The notes under the pieces: model-generated
Databases searched by the model: none
What the model was told of the DNA's origin: nothing
What the model saw: only the letters and a program-made list of their open reading frames with translations
Shown: one piece after another, positions 36,707 through 47,279 of the stretch
Layout: each line of letters starts with the position of its first letter
How positions within the stretch are numbered: the stretch's first letter is position 1
Virus record (IMG/VR): IMGVR_UViG_3300020190_000008
From: a virus
Strand: one strand, 5' to 3'
Length of the DNA: 64,000 nucleotides
Program-made: the position numbers and the translations under genes

Positions 36707-37009
36707 TTATATTATTTCAACTTTAGGTAATTTGTCCGAATGTACAATGTAATATTCATTTAAAAAAGAAAGTAATAAATCTTCATCTATTGTTTGAAAA
36801 TCTGAATCATCTTCATCCAATTCATCATCATCAAAATTAAAAAAATCTGTACTTTCCTGGATTAGATTATATCCAAACTCTTTTGAATCATCCAAGTTAA
36901 TAACATCATTTCTTATTTCATCTTCAGAATCGGTTGTAAGTCTAAAAGAAACTTCAACTCTTTTTGTGTCTTCGTATAAGTAGTAAGAAACAATTTCTTG
37001 TATTTCCAT
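36707..37009 (-). CDS. acidic hypothetical protein
   Basis: ATG at 37009 directly after the upstream stop. Confidence 0.65.
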   Translation of the reverse strand: MEIQEIVSYYLYEDTKRVEVSFRLTTDSEDEIRNDVINLDDSKEFGYNLIQESTDFFNFDDDELDEDDSDFQTIDEDLLLSFLNEYYIVHSDKLPKVEII

Positions 37010-37010
37010 T

Positions 37011-37637
37011 TTAATTATATTTTTTAAATCTTCTAAACATATCAAGTGATTCGTTTAGTTTTTCCATAAAGTTAGGAATTTCTTCATGATCAACTTCATC
37101 TCTAAAACTATCTCCGGTAACTTCATAATTCATTGGCCCGGCTAAATCTTCAGAAAAATCCCTATCAATATCGTATTCAAAGTCTTCACCCAATTCATCA
37201 AAATCAATAACAATATCTAATGAATTTCCATCACAATGTGTACATTCTTCATCATCATTTTTCATTCCAAGTGAAACATATTCTGTTTCATCTTCATTTG
37301 GAGATGGGTATAAATTGTGAAAATATTCTCTATCAACATCTGACATATCTGGAACACCTCTTAAATCAACTGTACCATTTTGTAAATCGTGTGGACCATC
37401 ACCAATTCTATCTCTTCTATCAATATCTTCATTGATATTCATATTTGTGTATGGTTTTACTACACCTTTATTTGATACGGTAAGACCACCTTTATCGTTT
37501 GCAAAGTCTTGTACATATAATGGTTGTATATTTGGTTGTTGACCATATTGTGTTACATAACCATCATAAATTGTTTTATGTTTATCTAAAATGTCATTTT
37601 TTTCAGCTTGTGACATTTTGAAAAAGTATTGTGCCAT
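37011..37637 (-). CDS. leader-bearing acidic protein
   Basis: MSQAEKNDILDKH leader; C-terminal LNESLDMFRRF. Confidence 0.7.
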   Translation of the reverse strand: MAQYFFKMSQAEKNDILDKHKTIYDGYVTQYGQQPNIQPLYVQDFANDKGGLTVSNKGVVKPYTNMNINEDIDRRDRIGDGPHDLQNGTVDLRGVPDMSDVDREYFHNLYPSPNEDETEYVSLGMKNDDEECTHCDGNSLDIVIDFDELGEDFEYDIDRDFSEDLAGPMNYEVTGDSFRDEVDHEEIPNFMEKLNESLDMFRRFKKYN

Positions 37638-37640
37638 AAT

Positions 37641-37955
37641 TTATTTTTTTATTTCTTTTATTAATGCTCTTTTTGTGGTAAAAAACATAAAACCTTCACT
37701 TAATTGTCTGTCTTCTTCTTCATCGTCTTCACTAACAACTTTTCTCCATTGATCAACACCTTGAAGTAATGCAAGTTTGGACCCACTAGCCCAATTTACA
37801 TAATATACATTACTTCCTTGTACATTACTCACAGACTTAACAACTCCTGGAGTTCCAGACTTAACGGGTGAAAAATTATCATCCATTATCACACACACAA
37901 CTTCATCTCCGACTTCAAGTGGTGCATTTTTTAAATATTTAATTCTACTTGCCAT
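37641..37955 (-). CDS. DUF4314-like protein
   Basis: GD.V....MDD....GT.G.V..V......VNW.SGS.LAL...D.W. Confidence 0.65.
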   Translation of the reverse strand: MASRIKYLKNAPLEVGDEVVCVIMDDNFSPVKSGTPGVVKSVSNVQGSNVYYVNWASGSKLALLQGVDQWRKVVSEDDEEEDRQLSEGFMFFTTKRALIKEIKK

Positions 37956-37988
37956 ACAAATATAAATATAGCGAAATATTTATTTGTT

Positions 37989-38606
37989 ATGAAGATAATA
38001 ATATCAGAGTCTCAATATAAAAAAATTTTACTTGAGGAAAGACAAATAAACATAGTGGATAAATTGAAAGAGTTAGAATCTTTTTTCAAAAAAGTCGTTA
38101 AAGAAACAAAAAACCAAATCGGTCTTGACTTAAATTTTTTAACAACTTGGGGTGCAACAATTGCTGGTTTTGTTATGCCAGTATCAGATTTTATTGAAGG
38201 TAAATTTCCTGAAATATCATCAACTGAATTAGCATTAATTTCAACTGGAATAATATTAACGTACTATCATTCAAATAAAGAAATGTTAGGAAAAGTATTA
38301 GAAAAAATAAAAGAAAAAGAATTGGTTTTTGAATTTGATAGTGCTTTGGATGTTGCAGGTAAATTAAAAAGTGTTTTTTTATCTTTTATTGAAAGTTTGG
38401 CAGTACCTACGGCTAAAATATCAAATATGCTTGCATATACTTTTTTAATACCAATATTACCAGAGTTATATGAAGTTGCACAAACTGGAAGTTCTGTTGA
38501 TACAAAAGAAATTGTTGGTCGAAGTCTTGCTTTTTTAGTTGTTAGTTTTGGTGGTAATTTTGCAAAAAGATTAATGTTAGAAATTGTAAAAAGATTTAAA
38601 TCTTAA
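37989..38606 (+). CDS. leader-bearing membrane protein
   Basis: MKIIISESQYKKILLE leader; hydrophobic segments. Confidence 0.7.
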   Translation: MKIIISESQYKKILLEERQINIVDKLKELESFFKKVVKETKNQIGLDLNFLTTWGATIAGFVMPVSDFIEGKFPEISSTELALISTGIILTYYHSNKEMLGKVLEKIKEKELVFEFDSALDVAGKLKSVFLSFIESLAVPTAKISNMLAYTFLIPILPELYEVAQTGSSVDTKEIVGRSLAFLVVSFGGNFAKRLMLEIVKRFKS

Positions 38607-39006
38607 AGTCTTCACCAACATCATAGAAAATTCCAAATGTAAGATATTCAAATTCACTTCTCCAAATTTTACAATCATAAAATAGTACACCTCTAAGAGA
38701 ATCTCCACTACTTTTTAATTCTAATGTTGGTGAAATATAAAAATTGGCAGCACTTTCTATTTTATATTTTAAGTTTATAATTGTTTCACTAATTAACTCC
38801 GGTTGATGATCACATTCATCACATTCAACATTACTCAATCTAAGACTAAATACAATTTCAGAAACAGTATTATCAGCAAAAGTATCAAATTCGTCAACTT
38901 CCATTTTAATATTGTTAAGACCATATTCCGATATTAAACCAGACCTTGATAAAATAACATTTTTTATTTTTTCAACTTTAGCTGTATATTCTTGTGGTAC
39001 CTTCAT
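38596..39006 (-). CDS. hypothetical protein
   Basis: 136-aa ORF. Confidence 0.6.
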   Translation of the reverse strand: MKVPQEYTAKVEKIKNVILSRSGLISEYGLNNIKMEVDEFDTFADNTVSEIVFSLRLSNVECDECDHQPELISETIINLKYKIESAANFYISPTLELKSSGDSLRGVLFYDCKIWRSEFEYLTFGIFYDVGEDFKI

Positions 39007-39011
39007 AACAA

Positions 39012-39608
39012 TTACTTATAATTTAATATTTTACTTATAACATCTGTTGCTTGTTCATCGGTTAACCTATGAACATCTTTATGTGTTTTAAACCATCTTT
39101 TAACAACAACATCCATTGGTGTTTTTGTTATTTTTGATAATCTTTTAAAACCAAAAACTTGAGCGTCAAGTTCGTGTGGTTGTGTATAATATTCATAAGG
39201 ATCTTCAACATCATCCCCACCTAAATCAAACGTTCCCTTAACTTTTTGTTCAATATGTCTAATTTCGTGTGCAATAACTTCATTTAGTTCACCAACCAAA
39301 TCATAAGTTATTCTTGTCTTATTATTTGGGTTATATTCAATTGTAACTTCAATTATATCATCATTATGGTAGTAATCGGCATTAACCTTGAAACTTTCTA
39401 GGTCTTCATTTTGTTGTAAAATAACTTCAATAAGAAAAACTTCTCCTAAATTTGGAAATTCATAGTAATCATTTTCTTCATCATAATAATTTGGTAAATG
39501 AAATTCACCTTCATCTTCTTCTTTAAATAATTTTATAATATCTTTGACAACAACTCGAATAACATCCCTTCTTCTACCATCTTCCAAAATTAAATTTCTG
39601 AACTTCAT
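39012..39608 (-). CDS. zincin-like metalloprotease
   Basis: IAHEIRH...Y.....ELDA; LILE leader. Confidence 0.65.
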   Translation of the reverse strand: MKFRNLILEDGRRRDVIRVVVKDIIKLFKEEDEGEFHLPNYYDEENDYYEFPNLGEVFLIEVILQQNEDLESFKVNADYYHNDDIIEVTIEYNPNNKTRITYDLVGELNEVIAHEIRHIEQKVKGTFDLGGDDVEDPYEYYTQPHELDAQVFGFKRLSKITKTPMDVVVKRWFKTHKDVHRLTDEQATDVISKILNYK

Positions 39609-39675
39609 AATAATAAATACTTTATTTGACTATAAATTAAAATATATCTATTTTTTTAAAAAATAAAATAAAGAA

Positions 39676-40098
39676 ATGGAGTTATTAAATTCACACCCAA
39701 TAAAAAAATCTGACTTAGGTTTCCACGGAAATTTGTTTGGTGGTAAACTTCTTGCTTGGATTGATGCTTCGGCTGCAGGATATGCAATGCAATTATGTGA
39801 CACACCAAGAATTGTTACGGTGTCAATAGATAAATGTAATTTTGAAAAACCAGCAAAAGAAGGTCAGTTAATAAAAATTTATGGTAAACCAGCAAAACTT
39901 GGTAATAGTTCTTTAACATTATATATGGAAGCAAGAGCACACAATGTTTATACTGGTAATCAAGCTGTTGTTCTTAAAACAAATATTAGATTTGTTAGAA
40001 TCGATGAAGAAGGAAACCCAATTCCAATTGGTGAAAAGGGTAAAAATAGAATTACAAATTTAATTGAAGAAAATAATGAAAATGAAAAAAGTATTTGA
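39676..40098 (+). CDS. acyl-CoA thioesterase (hotdog fold, YciA-like)
   Basis: DL..HGNLFGG.LL.WID, VTVSID, GNSS, FV.ID..G.P. Confidence 0.88.
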   Translation: MELLNSHPIKKSDLGFHGNLFGGKLLAWIDASAAGYAMQLCDTPRIVTVSIDKCNFEKPAKEGQLIKIYGKPAKLGNSSLTLYMEARAHNVYTGNQAVVLKTNIRFVRIDEEGNPIPIGEKGKNRITNLIEENNENEKSI

Positions 40099-41044
40099 TT
40101 TTGATAATATGACTCTGCTACCAAATTTTAGTAGTATTGAAAGTAGAAGTGATTGTGATACAACTTGTATGTTTGGTGGTCATAGATTTAAACTTCCGAT
40201 TGTACCTGCTAATATGGAAAGTATAATTGATATTAATTTAGCTAAAGAACTATCAAAAAAAGGTTATTTCTATATATTACATAGATTTAATATTGATGAA
40301 TTTTCTTTTGTTAAAGAAATGAAAGACCATAATTTAATTGCATCAATTTCTGTTGGTGTAAATGAAGATTCTTATTACTTAATTGACAAACTTGTATCAA
40401 AAAATTTAATACCGCATTTTATTACAGTTGATATTGCACACGGTTATTCAATTAAAATGAAAAAAATGGTTAAATACATTAAAAATAAAATGTCGAATGT
40501 ATTTTTAATTGGTGGTAATGTTTGTACACCAGAAGCTGTAACGGATTTGGAGTCTTGGGGTTGTGACGCGGTAAAATGCGGTATTGGTGGAGGATCAGCT
40601 TGTACAACGTACCATTCAACCGGATTTGGTAACCGTGGTTGGCAAGCATCTATGATTAAAAAATGTGTTAAAGTTGCAAAAAAACCAATTGTTGCTGACG
40701 GTTCAATAAAAGAACATTGTGATATTGTAAAAAGTCTTGTATTGGGAGCATCAATGGTTATGATTGGTGGTATGTTGGCCGGATTTAACGAATCTCCAGG
40801 TGAAAAAATTAAAAATGAATTAGATGGTCATTGGTACAAAGAATTTTGGGGTAGTGCATCATCTTCACAATCTGGAAAAACAAATAGAATAGAAGGGATT
40901 AGAAAACTTGTACCATATAAAGAAGTTTCTATTTTTGATAAGTTAAAGGATATTGAAGAATCATTACAAAGTGCGATTTCTTATGCTGGCGGGAATCCAA
41001 ATACAATAGGCTGTTTAAATACTGTGAAATATGTTGTTAAGTGA
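40082..41044 (+). CDS. guaC: GMP reductase
   Basis: PANM, HRF, VDIAHG, GNV, GIGGGSACTT, ADG, LQSAISYAG. Confidence 0.88.
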   Translation: MKKVFDFDNMTLLPNFSSIESRSDCDTTCMFGGHRFKLPIVPANMESIIDINLAKELSKKGYFYILHRFNIDEFSFVKEMKDHNLIASISVGVNEDSYYLIDKLVSKNLIPHFITVDIAHGYSIKMKKMVKYIKNKMSNVFLIGGNVCTPEAVTDLESWGCDAVKCGIGGGSACTTYHSTGFGNRGWQASMIKKCVKVAKKPIVADGSIKEHCDIVKSLVLGASMVMIGGMLAGFNESPGEKIKNELDGHWYKEFWGSASSSQSGKTNRIEGIRKLVPYKEVSIFDKLKDIEESLQSAISYAGGNPNTIGCLNTVKYVVK

Positions 41045-41906
41045 TGTTATCAATGTTTGATGAATTTTTAACTAAATAGTTTTCATCACCTAAGCTAAAA
41101 ATTTTATACTTAGATATATCGATATTTAAATTGGTTAATTTATCCAAAAAACTTGTTGGTAAATTTATACAACCACTAGATAAATCTAAATTTGTTTCTT
41201 TAGTTAGTTTTGTACCATTTACACATTTAAACGCTTCATTTCTTTCTGTGGTATTTTTAACACCGTGTATTGCTGTTACCAATTCTTTACCAGACTCATC
41301 AAAAAAAGACCAAAGATTATTTTTTGGGGTTTCTTTTGTTCCGGCACCTGTATATTGTGTATAAGTTTGTCCTGGTCCAGCATTAAACACACCAGTTGGT
41401 GCAAATCTACCGCCAATTCTAGATATTGGGTCAAAACCAGAATTGTTTCTTTCATCATCATCCATTAAAGACCAAGCTTTAAATTCATCAGTTGGTTTAT
41501 CTTTTCCCATAATTGCTAAAGTCCCAGTTAAATATGTCCCACCATTAGTAAAAAAATAAACTGTATTTTTAACCTGATCTATTATTAACCAAGGTTTATT
41601 TTGATAATTTGTTCTTATAGTGTTTAAAGCTACTTGACAGGCAGACTCAAATTCAATATTTTCATTTTGATTTTTATTTTTTACATTCTGTATTATTTCT
41701 TTTGCTTTAGTTGTTAAAATATCAGAAATTTTATTAAAGTCATTACCATATTTAGTCATAATTTCATTATAATCACTTAACGTGTTTTTATACACATCAC
41801 TAAAAGTACAACCAGTTACATTACCCCTTTGTTCAACTAACAAACCATATAAATTTTTTATATGTTTTTTTTCACTTTCAGTTATTATAAATCTTTTTCT
41901 ATACAT
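41037..41906 (-). CDS. leader-bearing L,D-transpeptidase (YkuD)-like protein
   Basis: IID......Y, MGKD, PTGVF, AIHG, SSGCINL catalytic pattern; FIITESEKKHI leader. Confidence 0.7.
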   Translation of the reverse strand: MYRKRFIITESEKKHIKNLYGLLVEQRGNVTGCTFSDVYKNTLSDYNEIMTKYGNDFNKISDILTTKAKEIIQNVKNKNQNENIEFESACQVALNTIRTNYQNKPWLIIDQVKNTVYFFTNGGTYLTGTLAIMGKDKPTDEFKAWSLMDDDERNNSGFDPISRIGGRFAPTGVFNAGPGQTYTQYTGAGTKETPKNNLWSFFDESGKELVTAIHGVKNTTERNEAFKCVNGTKLTKETNLDLSSGCINLPTSFLDKLTNLNIDISKYKIFSLGDENYLVKNSSNIDNIT

Positions 41907-43138
41907 TACAATTCTTTTATTTTTACAATTAAATCACCTTGACCTTTTATCACTCTATGATAAACACCTTTTGGAATAAATATTGTTTGTCCTTCCTTTA
42001 ATGGTTTTGGGATATCATTATCCATCTGTAACATCCAGTTATTTGATTTAACAACTTTAACTTTTCTATCTTGTTTATCAAAGTGCCATTTTAATTCCCC
42101 ATTACTTACATTTTCTTTGAAAAGTCTTGTTTTAATTCCATTTTCTTTAACTTCTTTGAAAGGTAAGTCGTCATTCTTTTTAATTTCTTTTGGACTTAAT
42201 GGTGGGTCTAATAAAAACTTTTCATTTAGATATTTCCTTAATTCATTTTCAACAAAGTATTCTGGAACTTCTTCATCGTCTGGTTTTTCACTAGCAATTT
42301 CAGCAATATGTCTGGCAAACTTAACTTTTAATTTATCGTCAAGCATTGTCATTAATCCATCTGAAATAAAAAATATTTTTGATAACGGGTCACCTATTCC
42401 CAATTCCCCTTCAACCAAGTCAAACAATTTCATTATAGTTTTACCCCACCAAGTTTTATATCCAGTTGTTTCTTCAATCCCAGGTCTGAATATTTTATTA
42501 AAAGCTCTTAGTATTGATCCAGTAAAACCAGCAATTGCTAATTGTGGAAAAAACCAAGGAAGTAATCTCAGTGTTGCTTTAAAGCCACCTTCACCAATAT
42601 GTTGATATAGTCTTTTTGCTTTTGCGTTTGTTACAATTTCTTTTAATTGTCCAAATGTAATTTTTCCTTGTGCTTCACAGAATTTTTTTGCATCACAAAT
42701 GTTTTTAACTGCCCTTTCAGAAGGCTCAACTTCTTCATTTAAACTATCTTCACTAACATAATCTAAAGGAAATAATGGTCTGTTATTGAAATGTATTCTA
42801 ATACGAAAATATTCTGGTATATAACCCATATAGTCGGCATTTTGTAATTGTAGGAAAGATTTACCTTCAAGAAGTATTAAATCTTCAACAACATTAAATC
42901 TACTAAATCTACTAGGTTCAGAATCAATAAAAAAATCAACTTTTGTCTGTGAATCTAATAATTCTTCTTTTGGTATTTCTTCATAAACAGAACTTTTTGG
43001 TCTTACACCAATACCATATAATTTAAGCTTTACCTTCGTGTGATATTTGTTTTCAATAGCCGCTTCACATACTTCTTTTAAGAAATGATTGAATATTTTT
43101 ACATATCTTGGGTTAATAAATCTTTCGTATGGTCCCAT
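41906..43138 (-). CDS. multidomain protein with C-terminal cupin
   Basis: LKWH.D....V, IFIPKGVYHRVIKG. Confidence 0.65.
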   Translation of the reverse strand: MGPYERFINPRYVKIFNHFLKEVCEAAIENKYHTKVKLKLYGIGVRPKSSVYEEIPKEELLDSQTKVDFFIDSEPSRFSRFNVVEDLILLEGKSFLQLQNADYMGYIPEYFRIRIHFNNRPLFPLDYVSEDSLNEEVEPSERAVKNICDAKKFCEAQGKITFGQLKEIVTNAKAKRLYQHIGEGGFKATLRLLPWFFPQLAIAGFTGSILRAFNKIFRPGIEETTGYKTWWGKTIMKLFDLVEGELGIGDPLSKIFFISDGLMTMLDDKLKVKFARHIAEIASEKPDDEEVPEYFVENELRKYLNEKFLLDPPLSPKEIKKNDDLPFKEVKENGIKTRLFKENVSNGELKWHFDKQDRKVKVVKSNNWMLQMDNDIPKPLKEGQTIFIPKGVYHRVIKGQGDLIVKIKEL

Positions 43139-43144
43139 AAAATA

Positions 43145-43753
43145 TTACCAATTTCTGGATGATTTAAGACCTAATTTTTTGGCATATCTACCAACATTAC
43201 AAGACCAATACCCAGCTGTGGTTCTATCTTTTTTCTGGTCACAATTGTGTCTTGCTCTAAATGATTTTGCTCTTCCTTTATTTGCGTTTTTAATTCTTAA
43301 ATTCGGATCTCCAAATGTTACTTTTTTCACACCGCCACCTGGAGTTTTAACATATACCGCAAATTTCTTTGGCCCACCTGGTGTTCTAAAAGGACTTCCA
43401 AGCTTTACTTTTTTACCTCTATGTTCGGCCTCATTAATTGATTCCTTTACTTCAAATGGAACATCTAACCAAACTTTTTTTCCATTATCTAATGTAACAC
43501 TTTCACCTAAGTTACTTTCAACTAACCACAAATCTTCTTCGTTAATATCCATTAAACCATTATTATAAAGTTTTCTCACTTCATTAATTAATTCAAAATA
43601 TGCGGGTGAAAAAATCCTAAAAACAGTTTCAGATAATGGTATTTGATTATCCAAGTGGTATTTCAGATTTTCTGAAATTCTTACCGATTCTGTAAGAATC
43701 ATTGGGTGGTTTATTTCTTCATTTATAACTCTTTTTATTATATTGTCTAACAT
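43145..43753 (-). CDS. leader-bearing protein with a conserved basic phage domain (DUF6321-like)
   Basis: KKVTFGDPNL.IK....RAKSFRARHNC....AGYWSC. Confidence 0.65.
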   Translation of the reverse strand: MLDNIIKRVINEEINHPMILTESVRISENLKYHLDNQIPLSETVFRIFSPAYFELINEVRKLYNNGLMDINEEDLWLVESNLGESVTLDNGKKVWLDVPFEVKESINEAEHRGKKVKLGSPFRTPGGPKKFAVYVKTPGGGVKKVTFGDPNLRIKNANKGRAKSFRARHNCDQKKDRTTAGYWSCNVGRYAKKLGLKSSRNW

Positions 43754-43831
43754 AATCAACTATTTAGATATTTATTAATATAAATACATTAAAATTGATT
43801 AAATAAAACATATTTATTTTAAAATCATCAT

Positions 43832-44383
43832 ATGAAAAAAATAAAATTAACAGAAAGTGAGCTTGTTGCTTTAATTGAAAAGGTAATTAAAGAAAATGGC
43901 GATGTTCCGATGGGTGGTGAACAAAGAGAAAATAAAAAGAAAGAACCACCTAAACCTAGATGTGTTCCAGAAAATATGATTCTTCTTGACGAAATTGTTG
44001 GTCAAGCCGATGAATACGTTAAATATGCCCCTGGTGTTAATAAAAGAAGAATGGGTGTGAATTCAATGGTCGATACTCTAGGAATCTTAAATAACATAAG
44101 ACTATTTAAAGACGTTAAAGATGGTGGTGCTCATTTAGCTTATGATATGATGAATAATCTAAATCGTTTTAGAAATAAAAACTATCACGATGAAACAACT
44201 GGTGAGTGTCATAAGGCTATGGATAAAATCATTGAACTATATAAAGAAAATGAACACGGTACAGAACTTGTTAAGGATATTGAACGTATTTTAAACCTAC
44301 AAACAAAAGATGATGAATACACACCATCACCAAGAGCTAAAGAGTATCTTAAACAGTGTGTTAATCTTGTAAAAGGACAATAA
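43832..44383 (+). CDS. leader-bearing hypothetical protein
   Basis: MKKIKLTESELVALIEKVIKE leader. Confidence 0.75.
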   Translation: MKKIKLTESELVALIEKVIKENGDVPMGGEQRENKKKEPPKPRCVPENMILLDEIVGQADEYVKYAPGVNKRRMGVNSMVDTLGILNNIRLFKDVKDGGAHLAYDMMNNLNRFRNKNYHDETTGECHKAMDKIIELYKENEHGTELVKDIERILNLQTKDDEYTPSPRAKEYLKQCVNLVKGQ

Positions 44384-44480
44384 AAACTTTGCTTAGGACC
44401 ATTACTGGTTATGGTAATGTTAAAGGGACAATTCGCTACTGTCCCTTTTTTTATTATATGATATTTATATAAAAAGAACT

Positions 44481-44714
44481 ATGATGAAACATTATTGGAA
44501 ACCCACACCAAAAAAGTGGAGAAAATTAGGGGACGGATTACTGGCTGCCGCTGCAATTGTTGCGGTTGGTGGTGTTTGGCAGTATGACACGTTAAAAGAA
44601 ATTTTTACAACACAAGAAATCAAAATTATGATTGTATCATCGATTGTATTCGGTGTTGTTGGTAAGTTTCTTACAAATTTCTTTAAAGAAGACGATAAAG
44701 AGTCCCAAGAATAA
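44481..44714 (+). CDS. two-TM membrane protein, possible holin
   Basis: W.PTPKKWRKLGD followed by two hydrophobic helices. Confidence 0.55.
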   Translation: MMKHYWKPTPKKWRKLGDGLLAAAAIVAVGGVWQYDTLKEIFTTQEIKIMIVSSIVFGVVGKFLTNFFKEDDKESQE

Positions 44715-44789
44715 CATTTTATCAGTTTTTAACTCCCCTCCAAAAGAGGGGTTTCTTTTTTTAAAGAAAAATTACTATATTTGTACTTT

Positions 44790-44945
44790 ATGAGTGATAA
44801 GAAAGTTAAAAAACAAATAGAACGTAAGGTATTTGAACGTGTTATTACCCACGAAGATTGTACTTTAATCTGGAAATATGACAATTATAAGTCAAATTCT
44901 GGTCCATATGAAGTGGAAATCAAATACAATAAGAAAAAGGGATAA
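44790..44945 (+). CDS. hypothetical 51-aa protein
   Basis: hand translation MSDKKVKKQIERKVF...; TATATTTG just upstream. Confidence 0.55.
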   Translation: MSDKKVKKQIERKVFERVITHEDCTLIWKYDNYKSNSGPYEVEIKYNKKKG

Positions 44946-44962
44946 ATAAATTATTTATATAT

Positions 44963-45403
44963 ATGAAGATTTTACCTGTTTTAAGTGAAATAATTAGTAA
45001 AAAAACCCTAATTTCTACCCTAAAATCAATGGATTTCAACCAAAAAGAGGCCGAAAATGAGGTAAAATACTACCTAAAATGGGCTTAAAACCTACCAAAA
45101 ACACAAAAAGGATACCGAATTTTAGTCGTAGATGACAAAAAAGACATTAATTTAGACGAAATTGGGTCACATTTAAGCAAAAATAGGACAGAATTACTGT
45201 CAAATCACTCATTTTGTACTAGATGTGGGGAAAAATACTACCTAATTACAACAAAAATACCCAAAAAAGAAGTAGATATTGAAGAAACTATCGAAAATAA
45301 CATACTTTACCCTAATGAAATGGAAATTACGGTTAAAAATAAGGGAAAAAACGTCAAAATACTGAAAATTCAAGAAATAAACATTAAAAATGACGAGTTT
45401 TAA
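44963..45403 (+). pseudogene. interrupted ADP-ribosyltransferase-like gene (in-frame TAA at 45086)
   Basis: 147-codon frame with a single internal stop; GYR / GSH.S / YPNEMEI pattern resembles R-S-E ARTs. Confidence 0.5.
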
Positions 45404-45451
45404 GGTTGAAAACTTAAAATTTAGCAAAAAAAACAGTCTATAACCTTATTT

Positions 45452-46018
45452 TTACCTAATTAACGTCAAATGACCGTGATTTTGTATTTTTTTGTCGTTT
45501 CCAAAGATATTAAACACTAATTTCCATATATAAACACCATCTGTGCACATTTTATTGTTGAATGTACCGTTCCAACGACCATTTGGGTCATTAGATTTCC
45601 ACACAATGTTACCCCAACGATTAAAAATGGTAAATTCAAACCCATTTATATCAAATCCACTAATCATAACTGGACCATATAATTGATTATTTTCATTTCC
45701 ATCTGGAGTAAAACAGTTAGGTACCCAATAAACTACTCTTGGACAGTCTGTTACTTCAACTTGTATTGATTCTTCAACATAACAAATAACATTTTCACGC
45801 CTCAATACTATATTATATGTTCCAGTTTGTGTAAATGTGTATGTTAAGTCTTCACTATTATACACAATTCCATTAACTGTCCACGTATTTGTACCGAAAC
45901 CACCATAATTTGACGTATAAGTGACTGTTTTACTTTCACCATCACACAATTCAAACATATGTTGACAATATGTGGTCAAAGAAAGACATAAAAAAGATAC
46001 AAATAACAATAATCTCAT
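45452..46018 (-). CDS. secreted protein with gliding-motility (T9SS type B) C-terminal domain
   Basis: signal peptide; PKD-like part; VPNCFTPDG...N, IFNRWG, W.G, DGVY.W. Confidence 0.85.
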   Translation of the reverse strand: MRLLLFVSFLCLSLTTYCQHMFELCDGESKTVTYTSNYGGFGTNTWTVNGIVYNSEDLTYTFTQTGTYNIVLRRENVICYVEESIQVEVTDCPRVVYWVPNCFTPDGNENNQLYGPVMISGFDINGFEFTIFNRWGNIVWKSNDPNGRWNGTFNNKMCTDGVYIWKLVFNIFGNDKKIQNHGHLTLIR

Positions 46019-46599
46019 TAATTATGTTGTATAGGCGATAATGTTGGTGTTCCATATACTGGTACAACAACTGATGTTGAGAATGTACAACCACCAGAAC
46101 TTACAGTATATGTCACTGTTGAGGTTGCATTTGTTCCATTTGTTACGTTATCTGGGCAAAATTGGTTACCAACTACCCCAGTACCAGACCAAGTACTTCC
46201 TACCGGTGTTCCAACTAAAGTTACACAAGGATCTGATTCACAAAATGGCCCTAAAGCAGTAATTGTTGGTATAACTTGGTATATTAATACATTTAAATTA
46301 ACCGGTGTTGCAGGACAGTTAGCTGGTGGAGGTGAAGAATAAGTTACAGATACACCATTTGTGATTAGTCCAGGGGCTGCTGCCGACCAGTTAACAGAAA
46401 TTGAGTTAGTACCTTGACCTGCTGTGATAACACCAGGTGCTGTAACAGTCCAAGTATATGTTCCTAATCCAACAGATGGTACAGTATAAGTAGAAAGAGT
46501 TGTTGATTGATAACAAACCGTATCTGGGTTTGTTGTTGATAGTTGTGACAATGAAATCCCCGAAATCATCATCATTAAAATAAATAAAAGTTTTTTCAT
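46018..46599 (-). CDS. secreted Ig/PKD-like adhesin fragment
   Basis: signal peptide; YTWTV..G.I..GQGTNSISVNW; WSGTGV; ends PIQHN. Confidence 0.7.
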   Translation of the reverse strand: MKKLLFILMMMISGISLSQLSTTNPDTVCYQSTTLSTYTVPSVGLGTYTWTVTAPGVITAGQGTNSISVNWSAAAPGLITNGVSVTYSSPPPANCPATPVNLNVLIYQVIPTITALGPFCESDPCVTLVGTPVGSTWSGTGVVGNQFCPDNVTNGTNATSTVTYTVSSGGCTFSTSVVVPVYGTPTLSPIQHN

Positions 46600-46605
46600 G
46601 ATAGA

Positions 46606-47205
46606 TTAATTATGGTTTATTGGTCCCAATACTATTGGAACTGTGTTTATTGTTCCGTTAAAGACATTAAATGGTGTTGCCAAATCACAAGAAGAACTAA
46701 TATAGCTTCCCCATAGACCATCAGACCCTGGTGTGACTTGAATTAATAAATTTTGGGGTGTACATACATTTGCAACAGTCAAAGTGACACAGAATGTCCA
46801 TACACAACTTCCTGCGTCACCAAAATCATTACCTGGGTTTCCATCTATTGTTAAATCGAAGAAATAACCAGGACCCACGGTTTGTATTGGTGTTGTTGTT
46901 GATGTTACAGAAGTCATCCAAGTCCATTGTCCGCCGGTTGCGTTACCACCACAGTTTAAAGGTGCTGATTGTGGTACAACAGATGACCAACCAGAACCTA
47001 AAGTTAAATCAAAACCTTCAATCCAGTTAATACCAGCCTGAGTATATCCGTTCATTGTATAACACATTGTAATAACTTGTCCTGGTAAATAAGTACCACC
47101 CACTGCTGGGGGTGTTAAAGTAAAAGATTGTGTACCATTACATTGTGTAAACCCAATTAAACTTATAAAAATTAAAAATGTTGATAACAATATTTTCATA
47201 TACAA
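46606..47205 (-). CDS. secreted Cys-rich beta protein
   Basis: signal peptide; DGNPGNDFGD; ends PINHN. Confidence 0.65.
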   Translation of the reverse strand: MYMKILLSTFLIFISLIGFTQCNGTQSFTLTPPAVGGTYLPGQVITMCYTMNGYTQAGINWIEGFDLTLGSGWSSVVPQSAPLNCGGNATGGQWTWMTSVTSTTTPIQTVGPGYFFDLTIDGNPGNDFGDAGSCVWTFCVTLTVANVCTPQNLLIQVTPGSDGLWGSYISSSCDLATPFNVFNGTINTVPIVLGPINHN

Positions 47206-47279
47206 TAAATACGTTAGAAATTAATTGAGGTTTTGTTTTTTACTTGTCAAATAAACATTCATAGGTTATTATTTATTAA

